In this document: piece after piece, positions 43,619 to 55,469 of the stretch
How the letters are laid out: every line of letters begins with the position of its first letter
Position numbering within the stretch: the first letter of the stretch is position 1
Assembly: GCA_963693365.1 (NCBI GenBank)
Contig: CAVNZM010000005.1
Coordinates: forward strand, 558,001 to 622,000
Source of the DNA: Amoebidium appalachense
Taxonomy: Eukaryota > Protista > Ichthyosporea
Direction of reading: 5' to 3'
DNA: 64,000 bases
The notes under the pieces: model-generated
What the model saw: the letters and a program-made list of their open reading frames with translations, nothing else
Databases searched by the model: none
What the model was told of the DNA's origin: nothing
Translations under genes and position numbers: made by a program

Positions 43619-44345
43619 GGCCCGGGTCCACAGATCATCAAGATCAAGTCCGGGGCCTCAAGATAGCTGTACAGCTGCGTGCATCTTGCCTCTGCCGGCG
43701 CAGGGCATTGGACCACGTCAGCCGGGACAGCCGTCCAATAGAATTCTAATTAGTGTGTAGGATAGATCGTAGGAGGACTTAGGAATGTCATTGTTCGGGC
43801 AGAAGCCCTTTTGTAAGGATTGGCAAGGTTTGATAGTATATGTTGCCAAACGTATTTATATATTTAGATGTAGAGGAAAGGGGGGGGAGGGAGGGGGGGA
43901 GGATAGTATGAAATGTAGATTTAGACTCTGCGGTGCCACTAGGGGGAGGGTGAGGGGTGAGACTTGGATAAATATATTAGTTGAGTAGATCGACTTAGCT
44001 CGTGCAGGCGCACGATAAAAGTAGATCGGAATGTTAATGGAATGTGGCATCGTAGGGGGCCAGGTGATGATGATCTTGTAGGGCACGGCCTTGATGGCCT
44101 CAGTCGTAACTTAGACTCAATCCGTACGGATCTAAGTTTGCCCGTCGGAGCCTGGTCTTAATAAACTTTACCGTTTTTCTGTACACGTTCGTTCCTTTTC
44201 GTGTGTGTACACTTAGTAGAGTGCCGCGTCTCTAGTACACATACATTAGGATACGACAAGCTACACCTTTCTTTTAGTGCGGTTTTTCGCGCTAGGGTAA
44301 CGCGGTGACAGTTCCTTCTGGGCTGTTGCTACACCTCAAACACAC

Positions 44346-44376
<31 letters not shown>

Positions 44377-44414
44377 ATAAACACAACCACACGAGTTAGG
44401 GCACACACCACACA

Positions 44415-45749
44415 ATGGCTAAGTTTAACGTAGACATGTTCTACGCATTGGCAGCGGAGGATAGCTCCCTGCACACACAGGTACCACAGGTTCATACACT
44501 AGACGTTAGACAGACCACAGCTTTCAGTTTTACACTCAAACACGACTCGGAAATCCCTAGGTGGCTTAGGACACTCCTAGCTAACACACCCACACTAGTG
44601 TTAGACACAAAGAAGGCCCCCACTGTGGCGGCCTCGTGCTTAATGATCAAACAGTGCATCGACCACAAAACAATGGCCGACTTATGCACCCTGATGGAGG
44701 AGCACCCGTACCGGGCCGAGCAGGCCCCCCAGGTGACGGCTCGTATATACGAGCAGCAGTACGACGAGGGGAGGGACGAGATGGTGTCCCGGACACTCGG
44801 CCAGAAACGTCTGGCCGCACGGTTCATCCCCGACGACGAGGACGAGAACAGCACCGACGACGTGGACGGGGAGCTCGAGGCCTTCACACGGCCGGAAAAC
44901 GAGCTCGAGTATACGGCCCGGCTCGTCGGCCGATACCTGACGGCCGACCGGCGCCGTACCTTCCGGGCCCAGCTCAGAGAATGGAAGTATACCTTTCCCA
45001 CACTAGATATGTCCCCCGTAGAAGCTCGTGCATTCTTTGAGAGGGAATATCGGGTCTTTGAGGACCTTTGTGAGTTAGCTGGTGACGTGAGTGATAGGGA
45101 AAAATTCGAGTTTGCTCGTAAGGCTCTCTCTGTAAACACAGACACTGCACGCATGTTTGGGGAGCATGATGATGTAGATGAGGTGGTGTTGCATGTTAAA
45201 CGTCACTTGCTTGCCATGCACGAGGTGAAGTTCAATAAGAGGGATAAAAAGGAGGTGATGGAAGTAGACAAGAAAAAGAAGGAGAGTGGACAGAAGGGGG
45301 AAAAAGAGAAAAAAGAGGGTGAACAGCCAGATGCACTCACCATGTTGGTCAAGCAGGTTGCCGAGCTCTCCCAGGCCGTCTTTTCTGGCCGAGGGGGCTT
45401 CGGCTTCCGAGGTGGCCGTGGCGGCGACCGGGGTGGACACGGCGGTCGTGGCCGAGGTGGACGTGGAGGACAACAGCAGCAGTTCACCGAGAGGTTTGCC
45501 CCTTATCTTGCTCGTGGTGGTGGGCAGGGTAGAGGGAGGGGTGGAAATGGTGGTGAGAGAGGCCGAGGGGGGCAGGGGGGAAGGGGGGGCCGTGGTGCAC
45601 ACGGTGGGCCCCCCCAGCATGACCGGGCTCCCGGTTATGCTTTGCGCCAAGGTTTTGAAGTCCCCCCTGGCCCCTTCTTTGGTGCATGTTACTTTTGTGG
45701 CCGGCAAGGGCACTCTGCTGCATATTGCCGTAGTTACAAGAGCTATTGA
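44415..45749 (+). CDS. gag: Gypsy Gag with RGG-rich region and CCHC knuckle
   Basis: 444-aa ORF after the 5' LTR; CYFCGRQGHSAAYC. Confidence 0.88.
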   Translation: MAKFNVDMFYALAAEDSSLHTQVPQVHTLDVRQTTAFSFTLKHDSEIPRWLRTLLANTPTLVLDTKKAPTVAASCLMIKQCIDHKTMADLCTLMEEHPYRAEQAPQVTARIYEQQYDEGRDEMVSRTLGQKRLAARFIPDDEDENSTDDVDGELEAFTRPENELEYTARLVGRYLTADRRRTFRAQLREWKYTFPTLDMSPVEARAFFEREYRVFEDLCELAGDVSDREKFEFARKALSVNTDTARMFGEHDDVDEVVLHVKRHLLAMHEVKFNKRDKKEVMEVDKKKKESGQKGEKEKKEGEQPDALTMLVKQVAELSQAVFSGRGGFGFRGGRGGDRGGHGGRGRGGRGGQQQQFTERFAPYLARGGGQGRGRGGNGGERGRGGQGGRGGRGAHGGPPQHDRAPGYALRQGFEVPPGPFFGACYFCGRQGHSAAYCRSYKSY

Positions 45750-46312
45750 GTTCCGGGGGAGGGGGAAGCTGGGGTCACTGAGGGAGGGGGGGGGGACAGT
45801 ATCGGTCCCCCCCAGGTTGCAGAGAACCTTCACCCTCCCCCACCCCAGGTTAAGCTTCCCTTTGCCCCCTCACCGCCCCGATACGTGTGGGAGCCGGGCA
45901 TCGTCGTGGGTCCTCAAGACAGCGTCGAGGTGGTATGGCATGAATGTTTGTGGGGTGACTCTACCAAAGGTATGAATGGTGTGAATGTTTTGTGGTTGGG
46001 GGAGGTTCCCCAGCCACAAGTGGATGGTCTCAGTGTTTCTTGTCCCAACCCGGTGTTTGTTCTAACCACACCGGAGGGGGTTTCTGTGCCATTGTTTCCG
46101 GGAGGGGGGGGGACACACACGAGTAAAGGGGGAAGGGGGGGAAGGCACAGACACATAGAAACACACCACCACAACAACATACGACGGTTGCAGACACACC
46201 TACACCCACACACACACCCACACATACACCACACACACACACACCACCCACCCACACATCACACACACACACTCCACCACCACCCACATCACATACACAC
46301 CCCACCCCACCC

Positions 46313-49300
46313 GTGCAGGCACCACAGGTAGGTATGTTGCACGTAGGTATCGAGGGTGTGAGTCTTCGTGGGCAGGGATTGGGAGTGAGTGATGATGTGT
46401 TGCTTGAATTGGAGGAGGATTTAGTTGGTTTTAGCCGGCATTATATAGACGTATGGTTAGCTGATGGTAAGTTGAAGGCTGTTGCTTTGCTCGATGGAGG
46501 GGCTCAGGTTAATTGTGTGCATGCTTCGTTTATTCGTCGTTTTAATCAGGCCGGGGGGGAAATTCCTATATTAGATGCTTCTAGCACAGCCTTAGGTAGT
46601 GCTAATAATAGTAGTATGTCTGTGGAAGGTGTTTGTGTGTTGCCGTGTGAGATAGGTGGCCAGGCTATGCATATTGCTTGTTATGTGGTTAAGGATTTAG
46701 CTCAAAGTGTTTTGTTGGGAGCCCCATTTTTCCGTAGACATGTGAATGCTTTGTTTGAACGTACGAATGTTTTAGAATTGCAGTCCGGCGTTAAAATTAA
46801 AACCCATGATGGGCTCGACGGTTATCAGTCTGGTGCTAGAACGGTAGCTGAAGTAGTAATCGAGCCTTATCAGTGCCAAACGGTACGTGTCCGGGCCGGC
46901 AATCATGTTAGGATAGGGGATTTAGGGGTTTTTACTCCGAAAACCCCATTTCAGGAGGTGGCCCAATGGACCCTTAGTAGGGTATGGCCGGATAAGACAA
47001 TAGAAATAGAATTAGTGAATCCGGGCATCGAGCCTATAGTGATTAGGTCAGGTGTTTCCGTCGGTAGTTTCACTAATGAGATTGGTAGTATAGAGGTCTC
47101 TCTTATTACCCAAAAGGAGGATGCCGGCTCGAAGGGTGACTCAGGAGGAGGGGGAACAACTTTATTTAACGTTAGCCACCAAAATGTCACCCGACACGAT
47201 GGGGGGGGGGACCGGGACAGCACCGGTCCCACTCCCCCGACCCCCAAGAGGAAGGAGGGTCACCCCGGGTGTGAGAATGTGCAGGCAAGGGGGGAGGGTG
47301 TTGGTCTAACCCGTGGATCTGACGGGTTAACCAACACCGTGGGGGGCAGGGTGGCCACAGACCTGGCCCCCCACATACATGCACTAACTCATCAGGAATT
47401 GCCCGGGGGCATTGGTGTGCCGGGGGGAGGGGGGGGTGCTAAGGGTGACCGCCTATATCCGGAGGTACCTCAACCTCACCCCGAGCAGCACCGATGTAAT
47501 ACAGGAGGTGAAATGTTAAGTGGCACTCCGGTGAATAAGGATGCATCCACTTGTGATGGGGGTAACCCGGAGTTAGTATTGCCGTTTGGTATGAAGGAGG
47601 GGGATTGGACGGTAGAACAGAAAAAATTGCTAGCTAAGTTATTTGATAGGACTCGGTTTGCATTTCTGGCCGATGATAACGAAGTAGGCTTCGTGAAAGG
47701 GTTTGAAATGCAGATCGACACAGGTGATAATAGGCCGGTAGTGATGCCTAGCTATAGAATGGAGCAGTATAAATTGTCGGATGCGCTAATAATAGTGAGT
47801 GATATGTTAAAAAAGGGTCATGTGGAGCATAGTTCGAGTCCGTGGAGAAGTCCGGTGCTATTGGTTAAGAAGCCCGACGGGTCTTGGCGCCTAGTGAACG
47901 ATTACAGGGCTCTGAATCGGATCACTAAGGCAGACCAATGGCCTCTCCCTAACATAGACGAGCAGCTTTCACAGCTGCACGGCTATACTCACTTTGCTAA
48001 ACTTGATTTAAAAGCAGCTTTTTGGCAGATAAGGTTGGAGGAGAGCAGCAAGGAGAAGACTGCCTTTGCACTGGGTGACCAGCTGTTCCAGTACAAGGTG
48101 GTGCCGATGGGTTTGCTCTCCTCTCCAGCTATGTTGTGCCGGGTAATGTATAAAATTCTCCACCCTCATTTGGATGTATGCCACCCTTATTTGGATGATG
48201 TTTTAATTAAAGGTAGGTCATTTGAGGAGTTAGTTAATAATTGTGAAAAAGTATTTTTAGCTTTGGGTGAGTCTGGTCTTCGTATTAGCGGTAGCAAGAC
48301 TGTGATTGGTGTGCCGGAGGTTAAGTTTTTAGGTCATATTGTGTCTAGTAATGGTCTTTCCCCTGATCCGGAGAAAATCCGGGCCATAGTTGAGTGGCCC
48401 CGTCCTCAGACTGTCACTCAACTAAGGCAATTTTTAGGTTTAACTAATTATCTTCGTCGTTATATTAAGGACTATAGTATGCTTGCTTTGCCGTTAACTA
48501 GTCAGACGGGGGGGGAGAAGAAGAATAGAATAGATTGGAATGTTGATGCTGTTTCTGCTTTCGAAAAGCTTAAGTTAGCTTTGCAGTCTTCGAGTATGCT
48601 TGTTCATCCTGATTTTTCGGCCGGGGGGGGGATGTTTAAAGTTCGGTGCGATGCAAGTAAGGTTGCTGAGGGGGCCGTGTTATATCAAGTGCAGGAGGGG
48701 CAGGATAGAGTGATTGCTTATGCTAGTCGTTCATTTAGTAAAAGTGAACGTAGATATAGCAATCCGGAGAGAGAGTCCCATGCTATCTTTTGGGCAGTCT
48801 CACAGGCATGGAGGTATATACTCGCAGGCAGGACGTTTGAGGTCTACACCGACCACAAGCCCTGCCTAGCCATGGCCGGCACCACTCGTCTGGTCAACGA
48901 GAGGATGCAGAAGTGGGCCGCGGCTCTCGGTGAGTTCTCCTATAAATTGTTTTATGCCAAGGGTGAAACAATGGTCGACTGTGATGCTCTCTCTCGTGCT
49001 GCTTATATTTTGTTTGAAGAAGAGAAGGAGGGGGAGGGGGGGGGATAGTGAGAGACGGGGGGGGAGGGGGGGGAAGGGGGGGCGAGTGAGCAGAAAGGAA
49101 TAGATGCTGTGTCTGTGGATGTGTCTTCTTGGGTTCCGGGGTTGCTTGCTTATAAGTGTAGGAGAGGGGGGGGGAGGTATTTGTCGGTGTCTGAGGTCGG
49201 GACCGAGTCTCATGGCTCGGCCCCTGCCTTAGCACCTACGGCTTTGATCTTAGCTCAGGAGGAAGATGTGTTGATTGGTCTGGTTAAGAATTATTTAAAG

Positions 49301-50905
49301 GGGCCGGTTGATTCGATTAAATTTACAAATAAAAGGCAGATGATTAAGGTAGCTAAGTTAGCAAAAATGTGTCAGGTAGAGCAGGATTTAGTTTATCATT
49401 GTTCTGGGCCAGACGGACACCGAGTTTGGGTCCCGACGGCACTTGTGCCTGAGGTTTTGCATATGGTGCATGAGCATCCCATGGCTGGTCATTTAGGTGT
49501 AAATAGGACGTTGCTTCGTGTTAATCGTTCGTATTTTTGGCCGGGTATGAGTAGGGAGGTGAGGGATTATGTGTTGTCATGCATGCATTGTCAGGAAAGG
49601 AATGAGAGTCCCCACTCTCGTTCCCGCCCGTCGTTTATTAGGGATTTTAATGTTCGTATGTTTGAAAGGGTAGCAGTGGATGTGGTCGGTCCTTTTAATT
49701 CTACGGTTGAGGGTAACACTGTTCTTGTTACCGTCACCGATGTGGCCACTCGTTGGGTTGAAGTTTTTCCTCTCCCCACTGCTAATGCCGTTTTGTTTGC
49801 TCGTATTTTTGTGGATGAAATTTGTCTTAGGTTTGGTTGTCCTCGTGTTTTGTTAACGGATAGGAGTCGTGTGTTTTTAAACCAGTTGGTGTCGGAGGTG
49901 TGTAAAATTTTAAGGGTAGCTCATATCACTACGTCTGCATATCACCCTCAAGCAAATGCCATCTCTGAACGTGTGCATGCAGTGTTTCAGAAGTCCTTTG
50001 GCAAAATGGTGGATGTGGAGGCTAATGATTGGGATCATATGTCTAGGTTTATTGCTCATTCATATAATTCTACCCCTCATGCTGTGACTGGTTTTTCTCC
50101 GTTTTATTTGGTCTATGGGCAGGAGGCTATTAGTTTGTTAGATACGGCACTTTTGCCGATGGGGGGGGCTGACCGACTAACTTATCCCCACTGGACTGAG
50201 TTCCGGGAGCAGCTACTAACCCGGGCCCGGGCTGCACGTGATGCAGCTCTGGCCCGTACACAGCAGGCACAGGCACGTACAGACGTGTCCACACGTCCGT
50301 TACGTGAATTTGCCGAGGGTACTTTAGTTTTAATTAGGGATCATACTAGGAAGAAGAGATATAAGCAGGAGCAGGAAGGTAAGGGTGAAGGTGAAGGTCT
50401 TCGTAAGTATGGTAAGAAATGGTTGCCTCTTTTTATCGGTCCGTATAAAATAGTGGCTAGGTTAGGTCCGACGGAATATAAGGTGCAGAGGTTAGATAAT
50501 GAGAGTGATGTTAGATTTTATAATGTAGATGATATAAAGGAATATTATGATAGGGCCCTTAGGGTTAAACGGCCGGAGGGCCGTCGAGTGTTAGATGCAT
50601 TCACCCCCGACTATGACGGGTCGGTGGATGTATCGGAGGCTGCAGTAGATAAAATTATGGATAAAAAGGTTATCGAAGGTAAGGAAGGTAAGGTAAATTA
50701 TTATTTAATTCGTTTTGAGGGAGGTTATCAGGAAGATCAGTGGTTGCCTGAGTTTCATTTGGATTGCCCGTTTTCTATTCGTGCTTATGAGGCTAGATTA
50801 GTGCAGAGGGAGTTGCCTAGTGCTCCCTCTCGGCCAAAGAGAGTTATTCCTCAGTTTAATCGTGGTGTGAAAAAGTCGGTGGGGGAGGGGGCCGGGGGGG
50901 AGTGA
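46313..50905 (+). CDS. pol: Gypsy Pol (protease, RT, RNase H, integrase, chromodomain)
   Basis: ALLDGGA protease, YLDD RT, CDAS RNase H, HHCC zinc finger, D,D-35-E integrase, GPY and a C-terminal chromodomain. ORFs 46313-49048 and 49109-50905 are in the same frame and are broken only within G homopolymers. Confidence 0.93.
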
Positions 50906-51224
50906 TGCAAATACACGTAGACACACGGGGGGAGGGGGAGGGAGGGGAGGAGACCGAGGAGGAGTGTGAACGTAGTCGTAGGAATTTAATTTATTATCAT
51001 AGGTGTCTCCGTAGGTATCAAGCTTATGGTGTAGATTAATTTATTATTTTTCTTCGTAATTTATTTAATTTAATTTTTTTTTAGGAGACTGATTAGTCTA
51101 TGTCTTTTTAGGGGGTGTTAGATGTAATGTGACTGAGGTGGGACTCAGCTTTTCCGGGGGCCGGGGGGGGAGTTGACATATACTAATCCGTCTCAGCAGA
51201 TTAGCCTAAGTCTACGATCGAGAT

Positions 51225-51258
<34 letters not shown>

Positions 51259-51899
51259 GGCCCGGGTCCACAGATCATCAAGATCAAGTCCGGGGCCTCA
51301 AGATAGCTGTACAGCTGCGTGCATCTTGCCTCTGCCGGCGCAGGGCATTGGACCACGTCAGCCGGGACAGCCGTCCAATAGAATTCTAATTAGTGTGTAG
51401 GATAGATCGTAGGAGGACTTAGGAATGTCATTGTTCGGGCAGAAGCCCTTTTGTAAGGATTGGCAAGGTTTGATAGTATATGTTGCCAAACGTATTTATA
51501 TATTTAGATGTAGAGGAAAGGGGGGGAGGGAGGGGGGGGGAGGATAGTATGAAATGTAGATTTAGACTCTGCGGTGCCACTAGGGGGAGGGTGAGGGGTG
51601 AGACTTGGATAAATATATTAGTTGAGTAGATCGACTTAGCTCGTGCAGGCGCACGATAAAAGTAGATCGGAATGTTAATGGAATGTGGCATCGTAGGGGG
51701 CCAGGTGATGATGATCTTGTAGGGCACGGCCTTGATGGCCTCAGTCGTAACTTAGACTCAATCCGTACGGATCTAAGTTTGCCCGTCGGAGCCTGGTCTT
51801 AATAAACTTTACCGTTTTTCTGTACACGTTCGTTCCTTTTCGTGTGTGTACACTTAGTAGAGTGCCGCGTCTCTAGTACACATACATTAGGATACGACA

Positions 51900-52646
<747 letters not shown>

Positions 52647-54873
52647 TCCCTCTGTCTCTATCTCAGGCTTCCCCAGAGCTCCCTTCTGCCTTTCTCACGC
52701 AAACTAGGGCCGAAGTTTTGCTAAGCATCAGCCTTCGGGTAGCAAACAAACGCAAAGCTGGGCCTACACCTCGCGCACGGTGGCGACCCTAGCCCTGGAA
52801 AGTCCTCCGGCCGCCCGCCCTTTCCTGCATGAGCCCCGCCGAATTTAGACTATCATTTCCGAGCTAAAAAAAAAAAAAAAAAAAAAAAGCTATTCCGCAT
52901 GCCATCACAAAGCCCGACCCAGCCATCGAACGCCCTCCTGGGCGCTCCCCCTATACCGCCTGAACCAGCGCCAATTTGGACGTATCTCGGTCGGGTCGGG
53001 CGCTGGTTGATGCATTATTTCCGAGCTAGAAAAAAGTGCCGGAATCCGGGGGTAGGACATGTGTCTGCCCGCAAAGTTTGGCACTCAGCCGGCTGAGAAA
53101 CCCCCGCCGACTCCCTGCGCCTACTGACTAACACGTACTGACGTGTTGCCGCACGTGCGACGTTATACATCTACTCAAGCGGCCTTTTAAGTGAAAAAAA
53201 AAAAAAAAAAAAAAAAAAGAAAGGAGACACCGCCCCAGTAGGTGGTAGTACAAAAAAATACCACTGACCACGGGCCGACCAAGTCCTTCCCACCACCAGC
53301 ACAAGCACACACGCTGGTTCCTTTGCCACGGCACATGTGAAGAATTTTGTCACATGGGTACGGCTGAATCCAAAAAGCACCGCACATGTGCACACATGTG
53401 GCAATAATGCCAACCGTTCCGCTAATTTCTCCCATATTGCAACACCGCAAGACTTTAACCTGCACTTGTACCCAAGAGAAGATAGGCTAATGTGCCCACT
53501 GCTACATACGAATGCATTCCCTCACAAAACCACACTGGAGTGCCCACAACCCCCCCCCCCCCCCCCCCCCTCCCCCCCCCCCCCCCCCCCCCCCCCCCCC
53601 TTTGCCCCTTCCCTCTCACCCCCAACAACACAAGCACCTATGCCGATGTCCACTTGCATACAAAAACACATACTCGTGGGTGCTTACACTTAGCCACAAG
53701 CAAACGCCAAAACACATGTGTACACAGGTCGACTCACACGTACAACATACAAAACACAGGCCTTGCCCACGCACACACACGGCACATACACACGTGACAC
53801 AAACACACTCGCGAACTGTCACTAATACACACGCACACAATGACGCACAGACACGTGTCACACCATAGGAAATGACACGACCGTCAACCTAATACAAAGA
53901 AAACGATTGATTGAATGAAACCTTGAAAAGCGCTCGCCTTGTAGGGGTTGCCGGTGTGTGGCAGTAGTTGGTCAAGGCACTTTTCAAACATCAAAGCACG
54001 TGTATCGGCCGCCCCTCTCTCGCGCCAACAGGAAAATGCAGAGGTGTCATAAACAATAGCCATCACAAGGATATCCATATACAAGATTCGGAATAACCAC
54101 GCAGAGGGGGCACCCACATGTGACCCTCATGGCATCTGCGTACACGCACAAGGAAGTATTCATTGTGCATAACGTCATTAGCGTGGAAGATAAGAACATA
54201 AATCATTGCTGTATTAAGGGATACGGGATCGCGCGGCTCGAATACTTTCTGGCGCCGCTCAGATCGATATCTATCTGGATTGAGTGGGCTTGATCTGCAT
54301 ATTGGGCACCTAAGATCGTGTGGCCGAGCTATACCATGTACACACGGCATGCCACACACGTGTCCGGACAAAACTGCGCTGCACATTTTTCATGAAGGCG
54401 GGTTGTTTTCTAACTATATATGTTAGGCACTCACTGTAACTTAGAGGTTTCTCTGTGAGACTTTATTATTTGCTGACTTGCATTGACTGGCCCGCCGGGA
54501 CCTTTATATACTTGTGGTCTGGCTCACTGGAATGTTACATACTATTCCCGATTGGTCTACCCGCCGCTATGGATCTAGTCGCTACCAATCAAAGCACTCC
54601 AATAGAATCTTCTAGACTCTTCTAGATCTATCCTGATCTATCGTGAACCTATCCACCAGTTTATCCCGAATATCTCGAATATTCCCGATCACTAGTGCTA
54701 CGCTAACGCAGGGCATACCGGATGGCTATCCTGTTCGACACCCCCACTTGCACTGTGTTCTATCTATGTACCGCATGCAACCTAAACCTAAGATGCAACT
54801 CTAAAACTATGCTACTATACTAACACATATAACACCTACTACACGAACATTAACACTACACTATTTGTAGTTC

Positions 54874-55469
54874 TTACTCAGCCATGCCGATGGCCTGCCG
54901 ATGCTGCACCAACTTAAGTCTCCCTAAAGCTTTGGTGCACATGTCGGCCACGTTACTGTTCGTGCTGCAATACACAAGTTCTACATCCCCATTCTCCACA
55001 CACTCACGGGTGTAGTGGTACTGAACGTCGATGTGTTTGCTCCTGTTATAGAGCATCGGGTTCCTTCAAGTTGCAAGCTTGATGCTGGCCTGGTTGTCGG
55101 CGTAGATGATGGTCGCCTCACTCATATCGTAGCCCAGCTGCCCCAGCAGCTGTCGTAGCCACTTAGCCTCTTTGACTGCCAGGCACGTAGCCATATACTC
55201 CGCCTCTGTAGATGAAGTAGCCACAGTCTTCTGTTGCTTGCTGCCCCAGCTGATGGCAGATCCATTGGCAGTGAAGATGTATCCGCTCGTCGACTTACGG
55301 TCGTCGGAGTTGCCAGCGTAATCGGAGTCAGTGAATCCCTCCACTGTTGTACTCCCTCCTCGTCCTCCGCGGTAGACAATCCCGTAGTTGGTTGTCCCCT
55401 TGAGGTACCGGAGAAGATGTTTGGCTGCGTCCCAGTGTTGAAGTCCCGGGTTGCTCACGGACTTACTAA
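54874..55469 (-). pseudogene. Copia RT C-terminus / RNase H, cut off by the nested insertion and carrying an in-frame stop
   Basis: GFTDSDYAG, SSTEAEY, YADNQASI, RSKHIDVQYHY, ADMCTKAL; stop near 55066. Confidence 0.88.

Larger units (their letters stand above)
43529..51899 (+). mobile_element. Full-length Ty3/Gypsy chromodomain LTR retrotransposon
   Basis: LTRs 43529-44258 and 51174-51899 (TG...CA, identical by eye apart from G-run lengths), CTCTC flanks in a (CT)n tract, PPT before 51174, domain order gag-PR-RT-RH-IN-chromo. Confidence 0.96.

Noticed and set aside
43529-44258. Tf1-type self-priming for the Gypsy element
   Set aside because: I found no sequence complementary to AGCTACACC within the LTR by eye; needs computational confirmation.
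49030-49108. Integrase as a separately translated gene
   Set aside because: Both ORFs share a frame and the stops lie between G homopolymers; compensating length errors are the simpler explanation.
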